From a bacterium (lineage in GTDB: Bacteria; Zhuqueibacterota; Zhuqueibacteria; Oceanimicrobiales; Oceanimicrobiaceae): DNA of 46,185 bases. The notes below the pieces were generated by a model. The model was not told where the DNA came from. It saw only the letters and a list, made by a program, of their open reading frames with translations, and searched no databases. Below, piece after piece: positions 7,368-15,370 of the stretch (its first letter is position 1; every line of letters starts with the position of its first letter). The stretch spans positions 10,892 through 57,076 of the forward strand of contig JBBIIG010000027.1 of the NCBI GenBank assembly GCA_037446635.1, given 5' to 3'. The translations under genes and the position numbers were made by a program.

Positions 7368-8525
7368 TTAAGACACCAGATCAGGCGTTTCTATCTTGTC
7401 CCCATTAAGCTTGATACCATAACATTTACTGCCGCGCTTCCCGACCGCGCTGATGCAATAGAACGGAATCAAGTGCGCGACGGAAAGCTGCGCCCGGATA
7501 CGTTCATTGATGCGGGCGATTTTCTGCAACACCCAAGTCATCGGCAAGTTGCCATCCTCTAACACTTTTGTGGTGAAGCGGTAACGAAGCTCGCCCGTCG
7601 AATCAAGTAAATCAAGACGCTTTAGCAGCCCGTTCCGCATCTCATTGGAAAAGTACGGACTGCCGGAGGTTTCGAAGTATTGATCGTATGCGTCGGCCGG
7701 CACTTTCTTCGGGCGGCAACGACTCAAATCCGCAAAATACCAATACAGACAGAACTGCTGCGGTTGCAAGCAAACTACATCAGGGCCAATCCGAAGGCAG
7801 AGATTTTTCTTATCAAGCACCAATTCCGGCAGCACCAACGCGCCATTGATTTCGCGTTGTATCCATTCTACCAGATGCTGGCCGGTGCGAGCACTGAGCT
7901 TGCCTATGGGAAAACGGTTGCGTAATCGAATAAAGGGTATCTCGATCAAATCAACGGAAACATCTTTGGCATCGAACTGATTGCCGCTGAAAGTCACCAT
8001 AAGACGTGATTCGCGCGTCGGGAAGTAGAAATCTGAATGGGTTTCAACTTCCCAGGGATTGACCACAAGATGATACAGCCGATCTTGTTCGCGACCCAAT
8101 AACTGCAAAGCCATTGCCAGGTAAACACTCAAAGTCCGACGTCCGCCTCCGACGACGGCATGCAAGGTGCTCTCATTGTTGGTTGTGATGGTGTTGATGG
8201 TTGATAGAATTAAGTCGAGGTAGGCCTGACTCTGCCCGGAATTGCTGATGTCCCAAATGGAGGCGCGGCCATCAGTTGCCACACAAATAGATGCTTCGGT
8301 GAACTGCAAATCCGCAAAATGGTTGGGGTACTCTTGACACAATCGGAAGTACATCCCGCTTTCAGGCAGCAGCAGCGTTTCGATGGTTTTTTGTCGAGCA
8401 CTGGCAGTCGAAATCACCGTCACCTTCGAGATGTGCACGCCGCGTTTAATGCAAAGAGCGTACAATGTCTCGGTAAACACTTTTGGGTGCAGCCCCAACA
8501 AAATCAAAAGATGATGTTCCATCAA
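7368..8525 (-). CDS. CRISPR-associated CARF protein of the NE0113 family (often annotated as ring nuclease Csm6-like), with a probable C-terminal winged-helix domain
   Basis: LLGLHPKVFTETLYAL, VISTAS, LHAVVGGGRRTLS..L..ALQLLGREQDRLYHLVV, DFYFP, LIEIPFIRLR; the C-terminal LVLD...L.PQQFCLYWYF...KIARINERIR...YGI resembles an OmpR-like wHTH. Confidence 0.82.
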   Translation of the reverse strand: MMEHHLLILLGLHPKVFTETLYALCIKRGVHISKVTVISTASARQKTIETLLLPESGMYFRLCQEYPNHFADLQFTEASICVATDGRASIWDISNSGQSQAYLDLILSTINTITTNNESTLHAVVGGGRRTLSVYLAMALQLLGREQDRLYHLVVNPWEVETHSDFYFPTRESRLMVTFSGNQFDAKDVSVDLIEIPFIRLRNRFPIGKLSARTGQHLVEWIQREINGALVLPELVLDKKNLCLRIGPDVVCLQPQQFCLYWYFADLSRCRPKKVPADAYDQYFETSGSPYFSNEMRNGLLKRLDLLDSTGELRYRFTTKVLEDGNLPMTWVLQKIARINERIRAQLSVAHLIPFYCISAVGKRGSKCYGIKLNGDKIETPDLVS

Positions 8526-8767
8526 AATTCAAAAGAATGCAAAGCGCTGCTCAAAAAGTATGAACAGCGCAAATCGATGTTGTTTTTTGGGTGAACGACT
8601 GATTTTGCTCTTTCGGAATAGTTCATTCTAGCCCCCGCAATGGCGCGACTGAACTAATGCAAGGTAAGCACGTGGATGGTTATCCTCTTACTGATAGCGA
8701 ACTGCTAATCGGCACTGGTAAAACTTCGGTAGGGAGACCCATCAGCTTTCAGGATAACATTCGCTTG

Positions 8768-8796
8768 TATATAATAAATCGCAATACAACTGTCAA
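8768..8796 (-). promoter_or_regulatory. Sigma70-type promoter for the cas operon, overlapped by the inverted repeat TTGTAT-N13-ATACAA
   Basis: Minus strand reads TTGACA-17nt-TATATA; palindrome arms at 8765-8770 and 8784-8789. Confidence 0.65.
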
Positions 8797-8849
8797 GATT
8801 TTTTATAAGCAAACTTTGTAAAAAGACGCCAAGCATACTTTAAAAAATT

Positions 8850-8956
8850 AAGGCTGGCGACCAGGGTTGTCTCCCGAGGTTCCCCGACCTTCGGGCGAGC
8901 ACCCGGCGGGCGCCAGTTGGACGTGCTGTAATGCCCGATGGCTTGTCACCAGCCTT
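8850..8956 (-). ncRNA. Candidate structured RNA (unidentified)
   Basis: 12-bp closing helix AAGGCUGGUGAC/GUCGCCAGCCUU (U-G wobble on the minus strand only), internal helices, followed by a U6 tract. Confidence 0.35.
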
Positions 8957-9301
8957 TACTGCATTCTAACCACCTGCCCACCTTTCCCCTCACGACTCCC
9001 GAGCTAATAAAAATTTTTAGACTGCCTATCAGCTCTCCGCTACCTGTGAAGCGCCAAGCCGCCCGTCAGCATCTTCACTGATTTCGTTAGTTTGTCAATT
9101 GTTTAATTCGTTGGTTAGCAAAAAGTTTGTGGTTCGTATCTTCCTGTGGCGCCCTTTTCCAAAAAGGAACGGTAATAGGAAAAAATGGTTGAGAAAATGA
9201 GTATGAGACAAATCGTGGTAGATGAAATCAATTATTCCCCAACATCTCTGGGAGCAAATTTGCAAATGGATGAAAGGTCTAAGGAGGATTGAAAAACAAA
9301 A

Positions 9302-9338
9302 GAGCTGCGATACACTTATAAAGTTGGTATCACAGCTC
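9302..9338 (-). terminator. Intrinsic terminator downstream of tRNA-Gly
   Basis: GAGCTGTGATAC...GTATCGCAGCTC followed by TTTGTTTTT on the minus strand. Confidence 0.6.
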
Positions 9339-9405
9339 GTGAACTTTTAAGTAGCATTTAAGCAGATTAGACCGAAAACAGCCAAAAACCCTCAGAAATA
9401 ATTAG

Positions 9406-9478
9406 AGCGAATGACGGGATTCGAACCCGCGACAGCCGGCTTGGGAAGCCGGTGCTCTACCAACTGAGCTACATTCGC
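9406..9478 (-). tRNA. tRNA-Gly(CCC), CCA not encoded
   Basis: GCGAATGTAGCTCAGTTGGTAGAGCACCGGCTTCCCAAGCCGGCTGTCGCGGGTTCGAATCCCGTCATTCGCT: full cloverleaf, anticodon CCC, T-loop GTTCGAA. Confidence 0.97.
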
Positions 9479-9492
9479 ATTAGATTGATTCA

Positions 9493-9520
9493 AAATTAAA
9501 AAAATGGCTCAAAAAGTCAA
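9493..9520 (-). promoter_or_regulatory. Sigma70-like promoter for the tRNA
   Basis: TTGACT-16nt-TAATTT just upstream of the tRNA. Confidence 0.5.
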
Positions 9521-9550
9521 GCTATTTTTCGAGGCCATTCGCTTGATAAT

Positions 9551-9690
9551 TCACCGCAGAGAGCGCTGAGAACGCAGCGCGGCAGGCAACCCAATCAACC
9601 GCAAAGTTCGCTAAAGAAACGCAAAGGACGCAAGGTAAAAAAATGTTTTTTAGCGGCCTTTGCGCCAGCTTTGCGTTCATTGCGGTTTAA
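9551..9690. repeat. REP-like palindromic element made of CGCAAAG/CGCAGAG units
   Basis: AACCGCAAAG..CGCTAAAG..CGCAAAGG pairs with CCTTTGCG..CTTTGCG..TTGCGGTT; a related copy lies at ~19604-19673. Confidence 0.7.
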
Positions 9691-9703
9691 AAAAACTCTG
9701 AGG

Positions 9704-10630
9704 TTAGGTCTTCGACCATATCTCAAAAATCAGTTGCGCGACCTCCGCAGCCGTGCTGTTTTCCGTCCACTCGATCCAACGCACGCGGCCATCTTTGCGA
9801 AACCAGGTGAACTGGCGCTTAGCGTAGTTGCGGGATTTCTGCTTCATCAGGCGAAGCATTTCCTCGAAGCTCAATTCATTTTGCAAATACAAGAACGCTT
9901 CTTTGTAGCCCACCGTCTGCAGCGCGTTGAGATGGAGTCCGTAGCCGCGGCGCTGCAATTCGCGAACTTCGTCGAGAAAGCCGGCGGACAGCATGGCCTC
10001 CACCCGCTGCTCAATGCGCTGGTACAAGTTGTCGCGCGCCATCGTCAGGCCGATGAATACGGGATCGAAATCCGCCGGCTGCGGTTCCTTTTCCAGAAAT
10101 TCCGAAAAGGGGCGCCCGGTCAATTGATACACCTCCAGGGCGCGTAAAACTCGCTGGGTGTCGGTGGGATGGAGCTTACTGGCCGTAACGGAATCGGCGG
10201 TTTGCAATTGCTCGTAGAGAACGGCCATGCCCTGTTCACGCGCTCTCTGTTTCAATGCAGCTTTCACTAACTCATCTGAGATGCGCGGCGAAAACAGGCC
10301 GTCCACCAGCGCGCGAATATACAACCCCGAACCGCCGACGACAATGGGCTTTTTGCCGCGGGCAAAAATATCAGCGATGCATTGCCGCGCTTCGCGGCTG
10401 TACTGCCCGGCGCTGTAATATTGATCCGGATCGCGGATGTCGATGAAGTGATGCGGCACCATCTGCAACTGCTCGCGGGTGGGCTTAGCCGTTCCAATAT
10501 TCATGTAGCGATAAATCTGACGCGAGTCGGCTGAAACGATTTCGCCGTCGATGCGTTTTGCCAGTTCCAGAGACGCCGCGGTTTTGCCCACGCCCGTGGG
10601 CCCCACCAGCAGCAGCACACGATTTTTCAT
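9704..10630 (-). CDS. miaA: tRNA dimethylallyltransferase
   Basis: [38 protein letters not shown]. Confidence 0.97.
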   Translation of the reverse strand: MKNRVLLLVGPTGVGKTAASLELAKRIDGEIVSADSRQIYRYMNIGTAKPTREQLQMVPHHFIDIRDPDQYYSAGQYSREARQCIADIFARGKKPIVVGGSGLYIRALVDGLFSPRISDELVKAALKQRAREQGMAVLYEQLQTADSVTASKLHPTDTQRVLRALEVYQLTGRPFSEFLEKEPQPADFDPVFIGLTMARDNLYQRIEQRVEAMLSAGFLDEVRELQRRGYGLHLNALQTVGYKEAFLYLQNELSFEEMLRLMKQKSRNYAKRQFTWFRKDGRVRWIEWTENSTAAEVAQLIFEIWSKT

Positions 10631-11571
10631 CGCGAAATGTTTTTGAGATATTTCAAGAACTCGCTGTCGGTATTCAAAATCAGCGTGGTGTTGTTGTTGA
10701 AGGTGCTCTTGTACGATTCCAGGGTTTGGATGAACGAATAGAAATCCGGGTCGCGCCCCATGGCCTCGGCGTAAATGCGGGTGGCCTCGGCGTCGGCCTT
10801 GCCTTTGATCTCCTGCGCCCGGCGATAGGCTTCGGAGGTGATGATCTGAAATTCTTTTTCACGTTCGCCTTCGATCTCCGCTTTGCGGCCCTGGCCTTCG
10901 GAGCGGGATTTTTCCGCGATGCGCTTGCGTTCGGAAATCATGCGCTCGTAAACTTTCTGCCGAACGTCTTCAATGTAATTGATGCGCTTAATGCGCACGT
11001 CTAACAGCTCGATGCCGAACTCCGGCATCGCCTGCGCTGCTTTTTGCAGAATCAGTTTGGTGATCTGGTCGCGCCCCTTCCCAATCTTTTGATCGATGCC
11101 CTCCACTTCAAATCCCCCTTCTTCCTCAACGGTGGTTTTCAATTCGCGGTTGGAATTGCGCACCGCTTCGATGAGAAGATTTTCAGAAATATAATTGCGG
11201 GTGGCGCTGTCGATGATGTCGTCGAGGCGGCTCTGGGCCGCGCGCTCGTCGCCGCGCACGGCCTGATAGTATTTGAGGGGATCGACGATGCGCCAGCGGC
11301 CGAAGGTGTCCACCCAAATATATTTTTTGTCGGAGGTGGGAATTTGATTTTCATCGCCGTCCCATTCCAGCACGCGCTTTTCGAAGCGCACCACCGATTG
11401 GATGAACGGCGCTTTGAAATGTAAGCCCGCCGTTTTGATGGGTTGGCCAACCGGTTTTCCGAACTGCAAGATAATCGCTTGCTCGGTTTCATCCACAACA
11501 AAATAAGAGCCGGCAATGAGAATCAACGCCGCGATGGCAACGACGCCCAGAACTATGGTTTTTTTGTTCAT
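10627..11571 (-). CDS. hflC: FtsH protease modulator HflC
   Basis: N-terminal TM, SPFH domain (ILQFGK, GLHFKAPF, WRIVDP, DVRIKRIN, RMISER, DPDFY.F..TLESY). Confidence 0.95.
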   Translation of the reverse strand: MNKKTIVLGVVAIAALILIAGSYFVVDETEQAIILQFGKPVGQPIKTAGLHFKAPFIQSVVRFEKRVLEWDGDENQIPTSDKKYIWVDTFGRWRIVDPLKYYQAVRGDERAAQSRLDDIIDSATRNYISENLLIEAVRNSNRELKTTVEEEGGFEVEGIDQKIGKGRDQITKLILQKAAQAMPEFGIELLDVRIKRINYIEDVRQKVYERMISERKRIAEKSRSEGQGRKAEIEGEREKEFQIITSEAYRRAQEIKGKADAEATRIYAEAMGRDPDFYSFIQTLESYKSTFNNNTTLILNTDSEFLKYLKNISR

Positions 11572-12554
11572 TTGCCCTCCTCCTTCTTCGGAAATTGCAG
11601 CAGCGGAATCAGCCCCTTTTGTGCTTCGTCCACCACGTAGATGTTCTCTAATTTCGGTAAAATTTCCTGCATGGTTTCTAAATAGATCCGGCGGCGGGTG
11701 ACATCGCGCGCTTTGGTGTATTCGCGCCAGACCGCCAGAAATTTTTCGGCGTCGCCGCGGGCGCGGTTGACGCGGTTGGTGGCATATCCTTCGGCTTGGC
11801 GTATCATCTGCTCCGCCTGTCCTTTGGCCTGCGGGATGACTTTGTTGTAGGCCTCCATCGCTTCGTTAATGATGCGCTCTTTTTCTTGCCGCGCCTGATT
11901 CACTTCGTTGAACGCCGGCTGCACCGGCTCCGGCGGGTTCACATCCTGAAGCTTGACCGTTACCACGTCCAGCCCGGTTTCAAATTCATCGAGACTTTTC
12001 TGGGTCAACCGCAGCGCTTCGTCTTCAATCTCCGATCGGCTCAACACGATGACTTCATCGACGCTGCGATCGCCTACCACCAACTGCATGACCGATTGCG
12101 AGACATCGCGCAGCGTCTCTTCAACGTTGCGGACGTGGAACAAATACTTCACCGGATCCTTGATGCGGTATTGGACAATCCACTCCACCACCGCGGAATT
12201 GAGATCGCCCGTCAACATGAGAGATTCATCCAGGAAACTCCCGGCGGCGTACCGGCTTTGTACGCCGGCTTCGGCGGTGCGAAATCCGAACTCCTCTTTG
12301 AAAACTCGCTGCACCTTCACTTTTTTAACCGTCTCGATTCCCAGCGGGATTTTCAGATGCAGCCCGGGTTCGGTGGTGCGAATGTATTTTCCAAAGCGCT
12401 GAATGACGCCCACCTCGTCGGCATCGACGGTGTAAAAACCGGAGACCAGCAGCCACAGTCCCAGAATACCGACGATTGCGAGGTAAAGCCATCGCTTGGG
12501 AAACTCTGGGATCTCAATCAGCTCGCCGCCGACGTTTATCACTCTGCTCGCCAT
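11568..12554 (-). CDS. hflK: FtsH protease modulator HflK
   Basis: MLTGDLN, VQYRIKDP, LQDVNPPEPVQPAFNEV, TRRRIYLETM; paired with hflC. Confidence 0.95.
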   Translation of the reverse strand: MASRVINVGGELIEIPEFPKRWLYLAIVGILGLWLLVSGFYTVDADEVGVIQRFGKYIRTTEPGLHLKIPLGIETVKKVKVQRVFKEEFGFRTAEAGVQSRYAAGSFLDESLMLTGDLNSAVVEWIVQYRIKDPVKYLFHVRNVEETLRDVSQSVMQLVVGDRSVDEVIVLSRSEIEDEALRLTQKSLDEFETGLDVVTVKLQDVNPPEPVQPAFNEVNQARQEKERIINEAMEAYNKVIPQAKGQAEQMIRQAEGYATNRVNRARGDAEKFLAVWREYTKARDVTRRRIYLETMQEILPKLENIYVVDEAQKGLIPLLQFPKKEEGK

Positions 12555-12637
12555 GACTCCTCCTTACTAATTCTTATTAGAGCTTATTAGAGCTATAAAA
12601 TAAAGATAACAATATGAGGGTTAAGGTCAACCAAAAT

Positions 12638-12673
12638 AGAAAGGCGGACATGAAAAACCTTGCCCGCCTTTCT
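12638..12673 (-). terminator. Intrinsic terminator after the transketolase gene
   Basis: AGAAAGGCGGGCA...TGTCCGCCTTTCT followed by ATTTT on the minus strand. Confidence 0.65.
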
Positions 12674-12730
12674 CGTGCGCAGCGCTTTGATCAGAAAATA
12701 AATCGAAACTGCTAATGTTGAAATAATTGC

Positions 12731-15370
12731 TCAAATTTTATCGAGGCACTCTTCGCAATAAAATTTAATTCCGCTGTTTTCCTTCATCCAGTACGCCAGA
12801 CAACTGGCGCAGATATAGGGTTCGCGGTGATCGCATTCCAGACAAATTTCGTCGTGGGGCGGCAATTCTACATTGAAGTAATCCAGCGGCTCAACCGTCT
12901 TCCCGCATTTTGTACAAGTGAGAAGAACACTCTCAACGGTCTCAAATGATTTGATTGGAACCTCTCGAATCAGGTGGACGTCGCCATTGCGCTTTTCTTT
13001 TTCACGATATTTAGCGTAACTCAAAATGGCCTGCAACTGGCCCTCGGCGTGGATGCCCGCCTCCTGCAGCACTTTGTGCGCTTGCCCGCTTCCCAAATAA
13101 CGGCCCTCGCGAAAGGAATGCAGGGTGCGACGAATGCCTTCGTTGGAGCGCACCCAGCGATACATGGTGGGCAGGGTGAAATCGGTGACGCCCATAGATT
13201 CGAACGTGAGATGTTCGGGGAAAATAGCTTCCTGCTGCGCCGGAGACAGACGACCAAACAGCTCGGCGCTGGCCACATAAAACACATTCAGGTTGAGGCC
13301 TTTTGCGTCCAATTGCGGCAGCACCTCCTGCACAAAAATCGTCGCCACGCCATTTCCCTGCAACACCAGGGTTCCGCTCTGCTCGTTGGCGGTGGGGTCG
13401 GCGCGGCGAATGGCGTACACGCCTTTCACGGCCGCGTGGGCTGGCGGCAGCCCATATTGCCGGCGATCAATTACCATGTCCGCCGGGCGAGTGACGAAAG
13501 GCGCCAAAACTGCCGGGCGGGCTTGCAAACCCGCTATTAGAAGCGGCCAGATTTCCTGGGCATCCCACGGGGTGAGGGTGATCAAAACGCCTTTGGGGAA
13601 ATTTTCCTGCAGCAGTTGCAGCACTTGCGGGTCGGCATGAGTGGGGCCGTCTTCGCCGGTTTTCACGCCGGCGTGGGCGTTGATCATGATCCAGGTTTTG
13701 TAGGGCTCGCCGCTGGTTTGCTGCCCAATGCCGTGCAGCCGCGCCGCCACGTGCTCCAGCGCGCCGATGAACGCTCCGTAGGAGGAGGTCACGCCAATGT
13801 GCCGCCCGAACGTCGAAAGGCCGGCCATGAAGGCGCCCATGGCGTCTTCGCAAATTCCACCAACTGCTACCAAGCGAGATTTGGGATTGCTGACAGCGTT
13901 GAACAGACCTTCGGGAAACCCTTTGTTGAGGTTGGAAACACTGGTGGAGCCGAGTAAGTCGGCCGCGGCGCCGATAATGGCGCCGTTGGTTTTCTTATTC
14001 AAAACATTGAGGGCATCGCCCAGCACCGCTCTCAGCGTGACCGACTCACCAGGTTTAACCGCCACCTCGGGCGGCGTGAGTTCTGGTTGGATCTCGTTCT
14101 GCATCTCATAAAGCCGTTTTAAATTCGGCGCATCCGCGCGGATTTTTCTCTCTCGCAGTCCGAGACGCTGCTGCGCATTCGCCGTTTGCAACGCAGCAAC
14201 CTTCGCGATTTTTTTATTTTGCTCCAGCGCCTGACGAATGACCATGAGCGTTTCAAAGTATTTTTTTTCGATGTTCTCCGGGGTGGGATCGCCGGCAAAG
14301 CGTGGAATCGTCACATCAAAATATTTTTCAAATTCTTCGCAGGCTTTGAAAAATCCTTCCGAAGAAAATTTATGGCCCGCGCCGTGGGAAGCCTTCCCCT
14401 CGATGCCGTATTTCCAGCCCTTGATGGTGCGATAGACGACGGCCGTGGGCTGTTTGGTTTGCAGAGACAGCGCAGCTTTTTGAGCCGCCACAATCTGTCG
14501 AAAATCACGGCCGTCGTTGACGTAAACCACATTCCAATCGTGGCAATAAAACAGCTCCGCCGGCTCCCACTGCACGTACTCGCCGGGCGAGCTGCCTTCG
14601 CGACAAACGCGGTTGGAATCAATCGACGCCTGATTCCAATCCAAATGCAGCACGACATTGTGCAGTTGCGCCGAGGCCGCGGCTGCCAACGCTTCGTGCA
14701 CCCGGCCCGGGGTCATACCGCCTTCCCCTTCGATAATATGAATTTTAGGAGAACTTTCGCCAAAGCTATCGAGGGCCGCCATCGCCAGGCCTAACGCCGC
14801 GGGCACGCCTACTCCACTGGCGCCGGTGGCAATGCGCACAAACGGCGTCGCCGGCGTCGGGTGACCGTCAAGCGTTTTCGAATTAAATTTTTTGAAAAGC
14901 GGCGTGTCGTTGGTGGGATTGCGGCGAAATCCCAGCAAATCTTCGAGTCGCAGTTGCTGGCTGACCTCGGGCAGTAGCTCGGGTCTGGCGATTCGAATCA
15001 GCTCGTTGCGCAGCGCCCACATGGCGTAGAGTCCCATCGCCTTGTGGCCCGCGGCGTAAACCAGCAGATCGGCTTCTTCGGCGTGCGGCCGCGTGAAGTC
15101 GTAATCGAGGTTTTCGTAGATCAAACCCTCCACAATTCTTCCGGAAGAAATGCTGCCGCCGGGGTGTCCGGAGGTAGGAACGTAGTTGTATAAAATCGCG
15201 CACAGGGTTCGATAGACCAAATCCAGCGCCTCGAAATTTTTCTCATACGCTGGCTCTAATTGAAAATTCCAGTGTCGAATGATTTCCAGCGCATTTAAAT
15301 ATGCAGCTCGGCGTGGTGAAAGTTGAAAAGTTGATTGTGGAATTGAAAGAACGTGATCTCTGGTGCTCAT
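12731..15370 (-). CDS. Transketolase-like TPP enzyme with a C-terminal Cys-rich domain
   Basis: SGHPGGSIS, AAGHKA, LDGHP, ATGASGVG, GEGG..(N) TPP-motif variant, AAADLLGS, GICED.M, GEDGPTH, TPWDAQE. Start more likely ATG 15370 (MSTRD) than 15460. Confidence 0.85.
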   Translation of the reverse strand: MSTRDHVLSIPQSTFQLSPRRAAYLNALEIIRHWNFQLEPAYEKNFEALDLVYRTLCAILYNYVPTSGHPGGSISSGRIVEGLIYENLDYDFTRPHAEEADLLVYAAGHKAMGLYAMWALRNELIRIARPELLPEVSQQLRLEDLLGFRRNPTNDTPLFKKFNSKTLDGHPTPATPFVRIATGASGVGVPAALGLAMAALDSFGESSPKIHIIEGEGGMTPGRVHEALAAAASAQLHNVVLHLDWNQASIDSNRVCREGSSPGEYVQWEPAELFYCHDWNVVYVNDGRDFRQIVAAQKAALSLQTKQPTAVVYRTIKGWKYGIEGKASHGAGHKFSSEGFFKACEEFEKYFDVTIPRFAGDPTPENIEKKYFETLMVIRQALEQNKKIAKVAALQTANAQQRLGLRERKIRADAPNLKRLYEMQNEIQPELTPPEVAVKPGESVTLRAVLGDALNVLNKKTNGAIIGAAADLLGSTSVSNLNKGFPEGLFNAVSNPKSRLVAVGGICEDAMGAFMAGLSTFGRHIGVTSSYGAFIGALEHVAARLHGIGQQTSGEPYKTWIMINAHAGVKTGEDGPTHADPQVLQLLQENFPKGVLITLTPWDAQEIWPLLIAGLQARPAVLAPFVTRPADMVIDRRQYGLPPAHAAVKGVYAIRRADPTANEQSGTLVLQGNGVATIFVQEVLPQLDAKGLNLNVFYVASAELFGRLSPAQQEAIFPEHLTFESMGVTDFTLPTMYRWVRSNEGIRRTLHSFREGRYLGSGQAHKVLQEAGIHAEGQLQAILSYAKYREKEKRNGDVHLIREVPIKSFETVESVLLTCTKCGKTVEPLDYFNVELPPHDEICLECDHREPYICASCLAYWMKENSGIKFYCEECLDKI

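Noticed and set aside
8679..8758. Canonical SAM-I riboswitch
   Set aside because: Lacks the GCAACC P3 strand and the pseudoknot, and the downstream gene is not in sulfur metabolism; kept only as an unidentified leader.
8850..8956. c-di-AMP (ydaO) or ZTP riboswitch, or retron msr-msd
   Set aside because: Only fragments match (CCCGAAGG..GGGGAACC; ACTGGCG..GGGAG); the required 3' conserved parts are missing and no reverse transcriptase is in the window.
9186..9350. Short plus-strand ORFs (35 and 42 aa) next to the tRNA
   Set aside because: No recognisable motif or good RBS; cannot be supported as an integrase remnant.
1..9400. CRISPR array, cas1/cas2/cas6
   Set aside because: No regularly spaced repeat-spacer series or such genes were found in the window; they may lie beyond the left edge.
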